This document shows positions 52,144-61,616 of a stretch of DNA of 64,000 bases, piece after piece. The translations under genes were made by a program, and so were the position numbers. The notes beneath the pieces were generated by a model. It did not search any database and was not told where the DNA came from. It saw nothing but the letters and a program-made list of their open reading frames with translations. Origin of the DNA: an uncultured Gammaproteobacteria bacterium. GTDB lineage: Bacteria > Patescibacteriota > Patescibacteriia > Magasanikbacterales > UBA922. The stretch is taken from the NCBI GenBank assembly GCA_964597575.1, contig CAZQXB010000001.1:964-64963 (forward strand). The letters run 5' to 3'. Numbering within the stretch: position 1 is the first letter of the stretch; each line of letters opens with the position of its first letter.

Positions 52144-53433
52144 ATGAACCTTCTCCTCGTTCTTCTTTTCGTTCTCGGTTACAGCCTCCTTGCATATACA
52201 AAACCAAAATTTGCTCTTGCTGTTCTTTTTGGACTTCTTCCAACATACCTTATCCGCTTCCCCTTTCTCTCTCTCCCCTCAACCCTTCTTGAGGTGATGA
52301 TCGGCATTGTATCAGTGCGTACACTACTTTTTCTGTGCCTCGACACCTCATTTCGGATAGAAGCAAAAGAACGTATCCGTTTGCTTAAATACGAACCATG
52401 GCTTCTTTTCGTCACCGGCCTTTTTCTGCTCGGAGCCTCGCTCGGGGTCTACTATTCCATCGAAACTCGTGCTGCTCTTGGAGAATGGAAAGCCTTTTAT
52501 ATCGAACCTGTTATCGTAGCCTTTCTTACCTTTCTTTATACGAAAACGAAGAAAGACCTTATCCTTCTCTTTGATGCCTTTCTCCTGTGTGGTTTTTTTC
52601 TTGGACTGTACGCACTTCTTCAGCGATTAACGGGTTTTGGGGTGCCGTATGCATTCTGGGAAAATGGAGCATCGTATCGGGTTACAGGCTGGTATGGGTT
52701 TCCGAATGCTGTTGGCCACATTCTGTCAGCAGTTGCCATTCTGTCCCTTGGTCTATTTCAGACGATCTCCAAAGAGGAACCACGGGTGAATTTTAAACGT
52801 GGTCTTCTACTTATCGTTGGGGTTCTTGCCTTTCTTGGTATTCTTTTTGCAAAATCAACTGGCGGCCTTATGGCGGTTTTGGCTGGGGTTGGGGTGTACC
52901 TCTTGTTTAAAAAAAGAGCTCGCCTTCCTCTCCTTATCATTGTGGGAGCGAGTTTTATCTCTCTTCTCCTCCTTCCGAAACAAAACTCCCTGCGGCAGGA
53001 GCTTCTCGCAGAAAATCGCTCTGGGCAAATTCGTGTAGCAATGTGGAAAGAGACGCTTCACGTTATTGGGGACGACCCAGTGAGAGGGGCTGGGCTCGCT
53101 TCGTACAAATATCGCGTCCTGCCGTATCACGAACAAGTAAATGGACAAAATATTGAAATTTTTCACCACCCTCACAACATCTTTCTTACGATGTGGGTGA
53201 ACTTAGGCTTAATTGGACTTCTTGGATTCATTGGCATTATCGCATGGGTTACTGTACGCGGAATTCAACTTGCAAAAAAGAACATCCCGGAAGCAGCCGT
53301 TCTTCTAGCTATAGGTGCAGGGTTTATGATGGCCGGACTTGTTGATTCTCCATATATAAAAAATGATTTGAGTATTCTGTTTTGGGTATTACCCGCAAGC
53401 ATTCTTATTTTGAAATATGAGAGAACACTTTAA
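52144..53433 (+). CDS. O-antigen ligase (WaaL)-family polytopic membrane protein
   Basis: About 10 TM helices plus a periplasmic loop with YHPHNIFL (the conserved His of Wzy_C). Confidence 0.6.
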   Translation: MNLLLVLLFVLGYSLLAYTKPKFALAVLFGLLPTYLIRFPFLSLPSTLLEVMIGIVSVRTLLFLCLDTSFRIEAKERIRLLKYEPWLLFVTGLFLLGASLGVYYSIETRAALGEWKAFYIEPVIVAFLTFLYTKTKKDLILLFDAFLLCGFFLGLYALLQRLTGFGVPYAFWENGASYRVTGWYGFPNAVGHILSAVAILSLGLFQTISKEEPRVNFKRGLLLIVGVLAFLGILFAKSTGGLMAVLAGVGVYLLFKKRARLPLLIIVGASFISLLLLPKQNSLRQELLAENRSGQIRVAMWKETLHVIGDDPVRGAGLASYKYRVLPYHEQVNGQNIEIFHHPHNIFLTMWVNLGLIGLLGFIGIIAWVTVRGIQLAKKNIPEAAVLLAIGAGFMMAGLVDSPYIKNDLSILFWVLPASILILKYERTL

Positions 53434-53686
53434 TAAATTCCGCGAAATAATCGCACAACCTGAGCAACTCAACTTTGCAATCGGCGACCGAGTTCGTATT
53501 CCTCTTAGCAATGGTACAGAAGATGTGGGAATCATTCGTGAGTTTAAACCCAAGGTTAACGCTGAGGGAATCATGGAAACATTGGTAGTGGTCGAGATTC
53601 AAGGAAAAAATGCTATTTCAAAAATTGAGGTATTCACATTGAAAAAATTACAGGATGCTCAGGTTGACAATGACCCCACCCCCTGA
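53417..53686 (+). CDS. Hypothetical small protein (89 aa)
   Basis: ORF only. Its start overlaps the end of the ligase gene. Confidence 0.25.
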   Translation: MREHFNKFREIIAQPEQLNFAIGDRVRIPLSNGTEDVGIIREFKPKVNAEGIMETLVVVEIQGKNAISKIEVFTLKKLQDAQVDNDPTP

Positions 53687-53703
53687 TAAAGTGGTGCGCA
53701 TAT

Positions 53704-53790
53704 GGAAGAGTGGCTGAGTGGTTGAAGGCACCGCTCTCGAAAAGCGGCAGGCCCGCAAGGGCCTCGTGAGTTCAAATCTCACCTCTTCCG
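53704..53790 (+). tRNA. tRNA-Ser (anticodon CGA) with a long variable arm
   Basis: GGAAGAG-TG-GCTG-AGTGGTTGAA-GGC-A-CCGCT-CTCGAAA-AGCGG-var-GTGAG-TTCAAAT-CTCAC-CTCTTCC-G. No CCA is encoded. Confidence 0.85.
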
Positions 53791-54017
53791 CACAATAATA
53801 AAATGACCCATACGTTCGGGTCATTTTATTATTGTTGTGAGATGAAGAGGCGAGATTTGAACTGGGGAAAGTTTGAAAACCGGTAGGTTTTCACCTCTAT
53901 TGAGGGAAGGTTGGGAAGGGGTGGAAACCTCTTCCCAAAAGGAACGAAGTTCCGATGTTCAAATAGCGAAGCGCTCACCTCTTCCGCAAAAAGAACACCA
54001 ATCAGGTGTTCTTTTGT
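53791..54017 (+). repeat. tRNA-3'-linked structured module, copy C
   Basis: A 17-bp perfect hairpin (53793-53834). A 20-nt antisense match to the tRNA-Ser T-arm/acceptor (gaagaggcgagatttgaact, one mismatch). A core gagggaaggttgggaagg...ccttcccaaaagga. A direct repeat ctcacctcttccgca (53974-53988). A terminator aagaacacc-aatc-aggtgttctttt. Confidence 0.5.
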
Positions 54018-54066
54018 TTAAAAAAGATTGTTGCCGTACACCTCCTCAATTTTAGAAACCGGTATT

Positions 54067-56460
54067 CTACGACACCTCGTGATAGATATAGTTCCAAATT
54101 GCCTCAGCTACTGTTTGCAAGCTCTTCGCACTGCATTTATCAATCGTATCATTTTTGGTGGCGTAGTAGGGATACTCAAAATCAATCATAAGAAAACTAG
54201 GGATCCCTGCGTCGTTGAGTGGTGTATGGTCGTCGCGAATTTGTGAGCGAGTGTTATTCTGAAACACTTCTGGATTTCTTTTTCGAGCACTTTTCCAAAA
54301 TGCTTCTGTTTCGAGAGGAGCGTTTTTCACAGATGAAGCCTCTTTTTGAATTGCTAAATCTTTATCACACACCATATCAATCACTATTCCAGATACTGGT
54401 AGTGTGTCTCCGTAGAGGGTATTCAAATTTTTTCCAAAATGCACAGAACCGAGCGGCTCCCAGTTCGTAAAATCTCCCCCTTGGCTCTCCTCCCCTTCTT
54501 CGCCATCAAAAAATACAAAATCAATACCAACATTAGGGGGCACCTCAGCAGCTTGGAAGAGCCGTGCTAACTCAACCAACACCGCTACCCCAGATGCTGA
54601 ATTATTCGCGCCTGGTGATGGCTGATTCTGGTTTGAGGTATCGTTAAAAGAAATTTTTTGACTGTCGTAGTGGGTCCCAAGTATCACACGTTTTGTTTGC
54701 TCTGGGTTAAACCGTGCAATAATATTTTTTAGCTCATACGATGTGCCATTTGATTCTGTATGTTTCCATGTTTGTGTCTCGACTGTAAGTCCGAGTGCTC
54801 TCATTTCCGCAAGAAGAAACTCTTGCGCTCGCTTATGCCCAGGTGCAGTCGGATACCGTGGGCCGTACCGCAATTGCTGATCAATGAGGGCGAGCATTTC
54901 TTCTCCATCAAAAAAAACTTTTTTATTAAAATTTCTTTGTAGCACCTGGCCCGTCAGATACTCCACCGGTGAATAGTTATCGGTCATGATGGGATACGGA
55001 GAAACATCGAACCTGTCCAAATCAACAACCTTATCTCGAAGAGAACGAATAATTGAATTTGGATTCTGTATGATTTCAGGAGCATTGAGATCAACACGTC
55101 GATCGCTGTTATATCCTACAAAAATAATATTTTGGGATTCGGCTTTTATCGGAGACTTCACAGCAAAAAAATAACTGTTTGGGAAAACAGTTTGAAAGGT
55201 TTTCATTTCAGACATCATAAGCGACGGCTGTTGCCGTGATAAATCCCCGATCATGTTTGCGATAAAAACACCCTCGGTGTTTAACTTCTCTTTTGCCATG
55301 TGAAAAAACTCTTGCGTCGTAAAGTGAGCTGGAATAGAAAAAAGAGAATGATATACGTCGCTAAAAATAAAATCGTAATTTCTGTTTGAATCATGAAGAA
55401 GGCGGCGCCCATCATCCGTATAGTTGCGCAATCGCGGGTTATCTTGTAGACCAAAATATTTTTGAGAAAGATCATGCAGCGATGGTTCTATTTCAGAAAC
55501 ATCAATGGTTGCGTTTGGTAGATCGGCCAGGAGCGCTTTCGGAACAGAGTACACGCCACCACCGATCACGAGAGCGTTTTTAACGTCTGGATTAAATATC
55601 GTATAGAGGGAGTAGTACTTCGTGTAGTCGTACACCAGATCCTTGGGGTCAGAAGTATCGAGAAATTGAGCACCCGATCCACTTCGGTCTTGCCGAAAAA
55701 ATCTCGTAGGGCGACCAGCAAACTGACCATCGTAAATAGTAATTTTCTCATAAATCCCGTCCTTACTGTACACCACATTTTCTTTGGCCGTATAAGAAAT
55801 ATAGGTAAAAGCACCGAGAAAAATAAGAAGGGCCGCCAAAAAAATACGAAGATACTTTTTTTGACCGAGAACAAAAAGTGGGATAAATCCCAGGAAGAAA
55901 AGAACTACACCATTTGCAATGAGAATTTGATTTATCCCAAAATATGGAATGAGGATAAAACCAGCGAGTAAGCTCCCCACAATGCTTCCAAAGGTCGACC
56001 AAAAGAAAATGTTTCCAGCTACACTCCCAAGACCTTGATTGGGGAAATGAGCACTTTGCAGTTTAACCGCATACGGAGACAGCATGCCGAGAAGAAAAGC
56101 GGGAAAGAAAAATAAAAGAAAGGAGAAAACTAAAGGTCCGACTGAGATTGAAAATGTATACCCCCACTTCGGTAAAGTGATCGTGCCGAGAAAATGAAAA
56201 AAAAGTAAAACAAGTCCACTCAAAAGAATAATGCTAAAAAACCAGCGGAACGATGGGTAGCGATCGGCTAACTTCCCTCCCACGTAGTAGCCGACGCTAA
56301 GGGCGGCCAAAATAACACTGATAACGCTTGATACAGTAAAAATAGTGCTTCCGTAGAAAGGAGAAAGCACACGAGTGGCGACAATTTCTACAACGAGAAC
56401 GCACGCACCGGTCAGAAAAACCACAAACGGAAGCACCTGGTGTTTAAGAAATTTTAACAT
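54067..56460 (-). CDS. Fused polytopic membrane protein: N-terminal TM domain, a spermidine-synthase-like (SAM-MTase fold) domain, and a C-terminal M28-family peptidase-like domain
   Basis: About 7 N-terminal TM helices, then LVIGGGVYSVP (Rossmann-like). The C-terminal NNSASGVAVLVELARLF is M28 zinc-peptidase-like. Confidence 0.55.
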   Translation of the reverse strand: MLKFLKHQVLPFVVFLTGACVLVVEIVATRVLSPFYGSTIFTVSSVISVILAALSVGYYVGGKLADRYPSFRWFFSIILLSGLVLLFFHFLGTITLPKWGYTFSISVGPLVFSFLLFFFPAFLLGMLSPYAVKLQSAHFPNQGLGSVAGNIFFWSTFGSIVGSLLAGFILIPYFGINQILIANGVVLFFLGFIPLFVLGQKKYLRIFLAALLIFLGAFTYISYTAKENVVYSKDGIYEKITIYDGQFAGRPTRFFRQDRSGSGAQFLDTSDPKDLVYDYTKYYSLYTIFNPDVKNALVIGGGVYSVPKALLADLPNATIDVSEIEPSLHDLSQKYFGLQDNPRLRNYTDDGRRLLHDSNRNYDFIFSDVYHSLFSIPAHFTTQEFFHMAKEKLNTEGVFIANMIGDLSRQQPSLMMSEMKTFQTVFPNSYFFAVKSPIKAESQNIIFVGYNSDRRVDLNAPEIIQNPNSIIRSLRDKVVDLDRFDVSPYPIMTDNYSPVEYLTGQVLQRNFNKKVFFDGEEMLALIDQQLRYGPRYPTAPGHKRAQEFLLAEMRALGLTVETQTWKHTESNGTSYELKNIIARFNPEQTKRVILGTHYDSQKISFNDTSNQNQPSPGANNSASGVAVLVELARLFQAAEVPPNVGIDFVFFDGEEGEESQGGDFTNWEPLGSVHFGKNLNTLYGDTLPVSGIVIDMVCDKDLAIQKEASSVKNAPLETEAFWKSARKRNPEVFQNNTRSQIRDDHTPLNDAGIPSFLMIDFEYPYYATKNDTIDKCSAKSLQTVAEAIWNYIYHEVS

Positions 56461-56612
56461 GGAACTTTATTAAGTAAGCCAGAGTCAATGTAGCAAATTT
56501 TCATCCAAGCGTCTATTCTTTTTTAGTAAATTTGGCCAATAATAACAGCACAGTCGGTATACCCTATTTTTGAAACGACATATGTTATACTTGACCATAC
56601 TATATATTCTTT

Positions 56613-57173
56613 ATGAACATCCTCATTATCTGCGGCAGCCCAGCCGAAAAATCATATACCAAAGCCGGACTTCAATATATTGAAGGGCTTCTGAATGAAA
56701 GAGGCGCTTTCGTTCAATTTTGGGATTTACGCGAACAACCCCTTCCGATCGTAGCTCCAGAGTATCACAAAAACCCTTTTCTCAATCCGGAAAAAACCGT
56801 TCGAGACTTTTGCGAGACTGTTCGCGATGCTGATGGAATTATTCTCGGCACACCCCTTTATCACGGCTCGTACTCTGGTGTTTTAAAAAATGCTCTCGAT
56901 AACCTCGCAAGCGATGCTTTTCACAATAAACCCGTAGGCCTACTCAGTAACGGCACAGGCGGACGCGGGACGACGGTACCGTGTGAGCATCTGCGCGGCG
57001 TGGTTCGCGCCATGAGCGGATATACCACGCAAACACAAGTAGCAACTGGCACCCCTGATTTTCAAGAAAAGAATGGAACAATAGTTCTTATCGATGAACA
57101 GGTAAAAAAGCGATGTACTCGCTTTGTCGAAGAAATACTGCAGCTCATTCCCCTCCTTAAGAATCTTAAGTAA
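56613..57173 (+). CDS. NADPH-dependent FMN reductase family protein
   Basis: MNILIICGSPAEKSYT...LGTPLYHGSYSGVLKNALD. Confidence 0.75.
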   Translation: MNILIICGSPAEKSYTKAGLQYIEGLLNERGAFVQFWDLREQPLPIVAPEYHKNPFLNPEKTVRDFCETVRDADGIILGTPLYHGSYSGVLKNALDNLASDAFHNKPVGLLSNGTGGRGTTVPCEHLRGVVRAMSGYTTQTQVATGTPDFQEKNGTIVLIDEQVKKRCTRFVEEILQLIPLLKNLK

Positions 57174-57453
57174 AAAATCTCCTTAAAATAAGAAACCCGG
57201 GTGCTTGCGCGCCCGGAGGTCTCTCTCGTCCTCTCGCCGATCGCCTCCGTTGACGCGGAGGAGACGCCCACACGGGCAGAATTGGAGCCAACCGTGCAAG
57301 ATGACAGCGAAAAAACGAAAGATTCCAATTGAGAATTTAGCACAAATAGAGGTTTAGGTCAAGAATATACCACAAATCCCTCTTCTTAAACCGTTGACAT
57401 CTTTCCTTAATTCGTCTACTCTACCTATAACAATTCATACCTTTCATACTAAT

Positions 57454-57714
57454 ATGATACCGAATGCGTGTTCCCCGAACGACCCAAAACATGGGCACGA
57501 GTTCTATGGAGCAACAACGATTGACGAGCGAGGCCAAATCGTTATCCCAGCCGAGGCAAGAGATGCTCTTAACCTCCAAAAAGGCGAGAAATTACTCGTT
57601 TTTGGAATGGGGGGCGACATGATCGCTCTTACTAAAATCGAGGCCTTTGAAAAGTTCTCCACCCAAATCAAAGATCGGCTCGATTCGATAAAAAGAGGTC
57701 TTGAACAATCTTAA
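57454..57714 (+). CDS. AbrB/MazE/SpoVT-family DNA-binding protein
   Basis: The swapped-hairpin motif reads TIDERGQIVIPAEARDALNLQKGEKLLVF. The start was chosen at MIPNACS. Confidence 0.6.
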   Translation: MIPNACSPNDPKHGHEFYGATTIDERGQIVIPAEARDALNLQKGEKLLVFGMGGDMIALTKIEAFEKFSTQIKDRLDSIKRGLEQS

Positions 57715-57743
57715 TCATACATAAACACCTTTTCACCTTATAT

Positions 57744-59594
57744 ATGTCTTTTTTCACCTCAACAAAAACATTTATCGGTTCCCATAAAATCTTGTTCGCC
57801 CTTGGCACTATTCTCATTGTTGGGGGTGGGATCTCACTCGCTCGCAGTGGAAATTCAGGCCCTAAAGAATTCTCTACTGCTACTGTTGAGCGTATTCGCC
57901 TTGAGCAGTCGGTTGAAGAAACAGGCTCAGTTCAGGCTGAAACTGATCTCCAATATGGCTTTGAAACCAGCGGAAAAGTCGCAAAAGTACATAAAAAGGT
58001 GGGTGACCCACTGAAAACCGGAGATGTTATTGCTGAACTCGAGAATACCGTCCAGCTTCAATCACTTCGCCAAGCCCAGGCAATCTTGGCCGGGGCACAA
58101 GCAAACCTCAATAGTAAAGTGGTCGGCGTAAGTAATGAACAAATTCGCGAATCACTCGCAAGTGTTGAGCGTGCAAAAGCGACCCTCGCTCAGGCAAGTG
58201 CTGATGCAGAACGCACAAAACTTCAAGCGTCTGCGAAAGTACAGACAGCAAAAACCGCCCTTGATACTGCAGAATCAAATTTAAAACTGGTTCGCGACAA
58301 AGGTATCAGTCTTATTATTTCAAATGCCTACGCTGATGCACTGAACGCACTTCGCTCCACATATCCGGTCATGCAAGATGCGCTTCTTAGCAGTGATAAT
58401 GTGCTTGGAATTGATAACAGTTTTTCGAATGATGAATTTGAACGCAACCTCTCAACACGAAATATTCAAGCGCTCGCGAAAGCAAGTCAGCTGTACTCTT
58501 TAGCAAAAGAAGGTCGAAATCGCGCCCAAGCTGCCATCCAAACTATTCTAAATAGCACTGATCAAAATGCAATTGACACAGCCATCTCGCTCACCGAAGA
58601 TGTTCTTGATGATACGAATGAGCTTCTGAGCACCATGACGGTTGTGTTAAATGCCACCACCCCATTTGAAAACTTTACTCAGACAGAACTTGATGCTTTG
58701 AAAACCGGTATCACCACATCTCAAAGCGCATTGAATACCTCTATTAAGGCATTAACCGCAAGTGCTCAAGGCATTGAAACAGCAAAGACAAGTTTAGTGA
58801 ATACGGAACTTGCGTTTGCACAAGCAGAACGTGATTTGGCGAATGCAACGAAGGAGCAGGAAATCTCGATTCAGCTCGCAAATACGAATGTACAGATTCA
58901 GGAAGCTGCTCTCTCGCAGGCAGAAGCAGCACACGCTCGCCTTATTGCACCTCCACGCGAAGTGGATATTGCGAGCCTCCGTGCTGATGTTCTCCGCCAA
59001 GGAGCTGGTGTTATTTCTGCTCAAAAAGAATTTGATAAAACCAAACTCATCGCCGTGGCAGATGGAATTCTTGCGACCCTCGATATTGATCAAGGCGACA
59101 ACGTGAGTATAAATCAAGCCGTTGTAACCCTTCTGTCTTCCGGGCTCCACATTAAAGTGGACGTATCAGAATCGGACATTGCTAAATTATCAGTCGGAGA
59201 TGGTGCATCCATTACCTTTGATGCATTCGGCGATAGCGTTCCATTTACCGGAAAAGTAACAGCCATAGATCCAGCTCAAACTGAAATTTCAGGCGTTGTG
59301 TATTACAAAACAACGGTTATCTTCGACGCTAAAGAAGGCTACGATGTACGCCCAGGCATGACAGCAAACGTACGCATGATTACCGACACCAAAGAAAATG
59401 TGCTCGTCGTACCACAACGTGCCATTATTGAAAAGGATGGAGAAAGAATCATCCGCGTTGTAACGAATAAAGAAAAAGGGGAATTTAATGAACAGAAGGT
59501 CACAACCGGAATTCGTGGTGATGAAGGAAAAATTGAAATAACTTCAGGCCTCAATGAGGGGCAAGAAGTGATCACATTCCTTAAAGAGGAATAG
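57744..59594 (+). CDS. HlyD-family membrane-fusion/periplasmic adaptor protein with a long coiled coil
   Basis: N-terminal TM segment, extended Ala/Gln/Leu-rich coiled coil and C-terminal beta-barrel segments. Confidence 0.8.
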   Translation: MSFFTSTKTFIGSHKILFALGTILIVGGGISLARSGNSGPKEFSTATVERIRLEQSVEETGSVQAETDLQYGFETSGKVAKVHKKVGDPLKTGDVIAELENTVQLQSLRQAQAILAGAQANLNSKVVGVSNEQIRESLASVERAKATLAQASADAERTKLQASAKVQTAKTALDTAESNLKLVRDKGISLIISNAYADALNALRSTYPVMQDALLSSDNVLGIDNSFSNDEFERNLSTRNIQALAKASQLYSLAKEGRNRAQAAIQTILNSTDQNAIDTAISLTEDVLDDTNELLSTMTVVLNATTPFENFTQTELDALKTGITTSQSALNTSIKALTASAQGIETAKTSLVNTELAFAQAERDLANATKEQEISIQLANTNVQIQEAALSQAEAAHARLIAPPREVDIASLRADVLRQGAGVISAQKEFDKTKLIAVADGILATLDIDQGDNVSINQAVVTLLSSGLHIKVDVSESDIAKLSVGDGASITFDAFGDSVPFTGKVTAIDPAQTEISGVVYYKTTVIFDAKEGYDVRPGMTANVRMITDTKENVLVVPQRAIIEKDGERIIRVVTNKEKGEFNEQKVTTGIRGDEGKIEITSGLNEGQEVITFLKEE

Positions 59595-59663
59595 GCCGAC
59601 CGGCACTGCTTTGGATCGTTTGAGCTAAAGCGGGAGAAGAAAACTCTTCACACATACTTCTTT

Positions 59664-60383
59664 ATGGTCCTTATTGAGATTCAAAATATCACCAAGACCT
59701 ACACGACCGGAGATGTAGAAACGCCAATTCTTCATGGCATTTCACTTCAAATTTCCGAAGGTGAATTTGTGGCCATCATGGGGCCGTCCGGATCCGGAAA
59801 ATCTACACTCATGCACATTTTAAGCTTTCTTGATTCAGCGACGAGCGGAACCTACCTTTTCCGTGGGGATGATGTGAGCAAAAAGACCGACGACGAGCTC
59901 GCGGCTATCCGGAACACCTCTGTCGGATTTGTGTTTCAGTCATTTAATCTTTTACCCAGAACCAGTGTAAAAGAAAATGTCATTCTTCCCCTTCTTTATA
60001 GCGAAAAACCAAAAGGCGCTCCGAATGTTCTTGCAGAGAAAGCTATTGAAGCCGTCGGTTTAACCCATCGCACGAACCACCTTTCGAATCAGCTTTCTGG
60101 TGGTGAAAAACAACGCGTTGCTATTGCTCGTGCACTCGTCAATAATCCGGCTGTTCTTTTTGCCGATGAACCCACAGGAAACCTTGATTCGAAATCTGGT
60201 AATCAGATTCTTTCAATCCTTCAGGAGTTGAATAGCCTAGGGCACACCATTATTATGGTGACCCACGAACTGGATACCGCCAAACACGCGAAGCGTATTG
60301 TGCATTTGAAAGATGGGTTTATTATTCGTGATGAACCCGTAACCGATCGTCGTTTTGCAAAAGATGGAGAACTCAAAAAATAA
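59664..60383 (+). CDS. ABC transporter ATP-binding protein (MacB/LolD-like)
   Basis: Walker [10 protein letters not shown]. Signature [15 protein letters not shown]. Walker [12 protein letters not shown]. Confidence 0.9.
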   Translation: MVLIEIQNITKTYTTGDVETPILHGISLQISEGEFVAIMGPSGSGKSTLMHILSFLDSATSGTYLFRGDDVSKKTDDELAAIRNTSVGFVFQSFNLLPRTSVKENVILPLLYSEKPKGAPNVLAEKAIEAVGLTHRTNHLSNQLSGGEKQRVAIARALVNNPAVLFADEPTGNLDSKSGNQILSILQELNSLGHTIIMVTHELDTAKHAKRIVHLKDGFIIRDEPVTDRRFAKDGELKK

Positions 60384-60389
60384 CTCCGT

Positions 60390-61616
60390 ATGCGGCTTGA
60401 TCACACGCTCAAAATTGCCTGGGGGAGTTTACAGACGAATCGCCGCCGTTCACTCCTTACCATGCTTGGCCTTATTATTGGTATTGCCGCGGTCATTCTC
60501 GTCACTTCCCTTGGAGCCGGGGCCCAGAGTTTGATTACCTCCCAAATTCAAAAGCGCGGCACAAATCTTATTGCCATTCTTCCGGGGGCGTCCGAGGAGG
60601 ACGGTCCACCAGCCGCAGCCTTTGGTATTGTGATCACAACTCTCACCGAAGATGACATGAAAGCGATACGGGATTCTGGGAGTGTCCATCATGTAAAAAA
60701 TATTACGGCGTACAATTCAGGAAATGATCTTCTCACGTGGCAGAATTTTGAAAGAAATGTTACTTACACCGGAACGACCCATGAATACGATGAGGTGGAA
60801 AATGTGACTGTCGCGAACGGTCGTTTCTTTGATGAGGTCGAAACAGAAAATGGCGATGCGGTGATTGTGCTTGGAAGCCGTATTGCTGAAGAAATTTTTG
60901 GTAACCAAAACCCTGTCGGCCAAAATGTAAAAATTCGACGTAATCAATTTCGCGTTATCGGAGTACTTGAACCAAAAGGGTCGACAGGATTTGAAAACCC
61001 CGATGATGAGATTCTTCTCCCACTTCAAACTGTCCAACAAGATCTTTTAGGTATTTCTCACGTATCGTTTATCCGTCTTACGGTTGACGATGAAGCATAC
61101 CTCGACCAAACCATTGATGAAATCCGCGGATTACTCATCGAACGACATGATGATGAAGATTTTTCCATTCGAAATACCGCAGAGCTTCTCGATGTACTAA
61201 CTACAGTGACTAACGCAATCAAATTTTTTCTGGTCGCTATTGCCGGAGTATCGCTTTTTGTAGGTGGGGTAGGAATCATGAATATTATGCTGATTGCGGT
61301 AAAGGAAAAGACAAAAGAAGTCGGGCTTCGGAAGGCGGTCGGGGCGAAAAATACAGATGTCTCTCGGCAGTTTCTTTTGGAAAGCACCCTACTTGCCTTT
61401 GGCGGCGGCGCAATTGGAATTCTTCTTGGCACCCTTATTTCGTATATTATTTCCATCATTGTGAATTTCCTTGGTTACGAATACGCCTTCATTATTTCTC
61501 CACAATCGATCGGTGTGGCTGTCGCGGTTTCAGGCGCTATCGGCATCTTGTTTGGAACCGTTCCGGCCCGGGCCGCAGCCAAACTTTCCCCCATCGAAGC
61601 CCTGCGCTATGAGTAA
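60390..61616 (+). CDS. ABC transporter permease, FtsX/MacB family
   Basis: N-terminal TM segment, large periplasmic domain and a C-terminal FtsX 3-TM bundle. Confidence 0.85.
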   Translation: MRLDHTLKIAWGSLQTNRRRSLLTMLGLIIGIAAVILVTSLGAGAQSLITSQIQKRGTNLIAILPGASEEDGPPAAAFGIVITTLTEDDMKAIRDSGSVHHVKNITAYNSGNDLLTWQNFERNVTYTGTTHEYDEVENVTVANGRFFDEVETENGDAVIVLGSRIAEEIFGNQNPVGQNVKIRRNQFRVIGVLEPKGSTGFENPDDEILLPLQTVQQDLLGISHVSFIRLTVDDEAYLDQTIDEIRGLLIERHDDEDFSIRNTAELLDVLTTVTNAIKFFLVAIAGVSLFVGGVGIMNIMLIAVKEKTKEVGLRKAVGAKNTDVSRQFLLESTLLAFGGGAIGILLGTLISYIISIIVNFLGYEYAFIISPQSIGVAVAVSGAIGILFGTVPARAAAKLSPIEALRYE

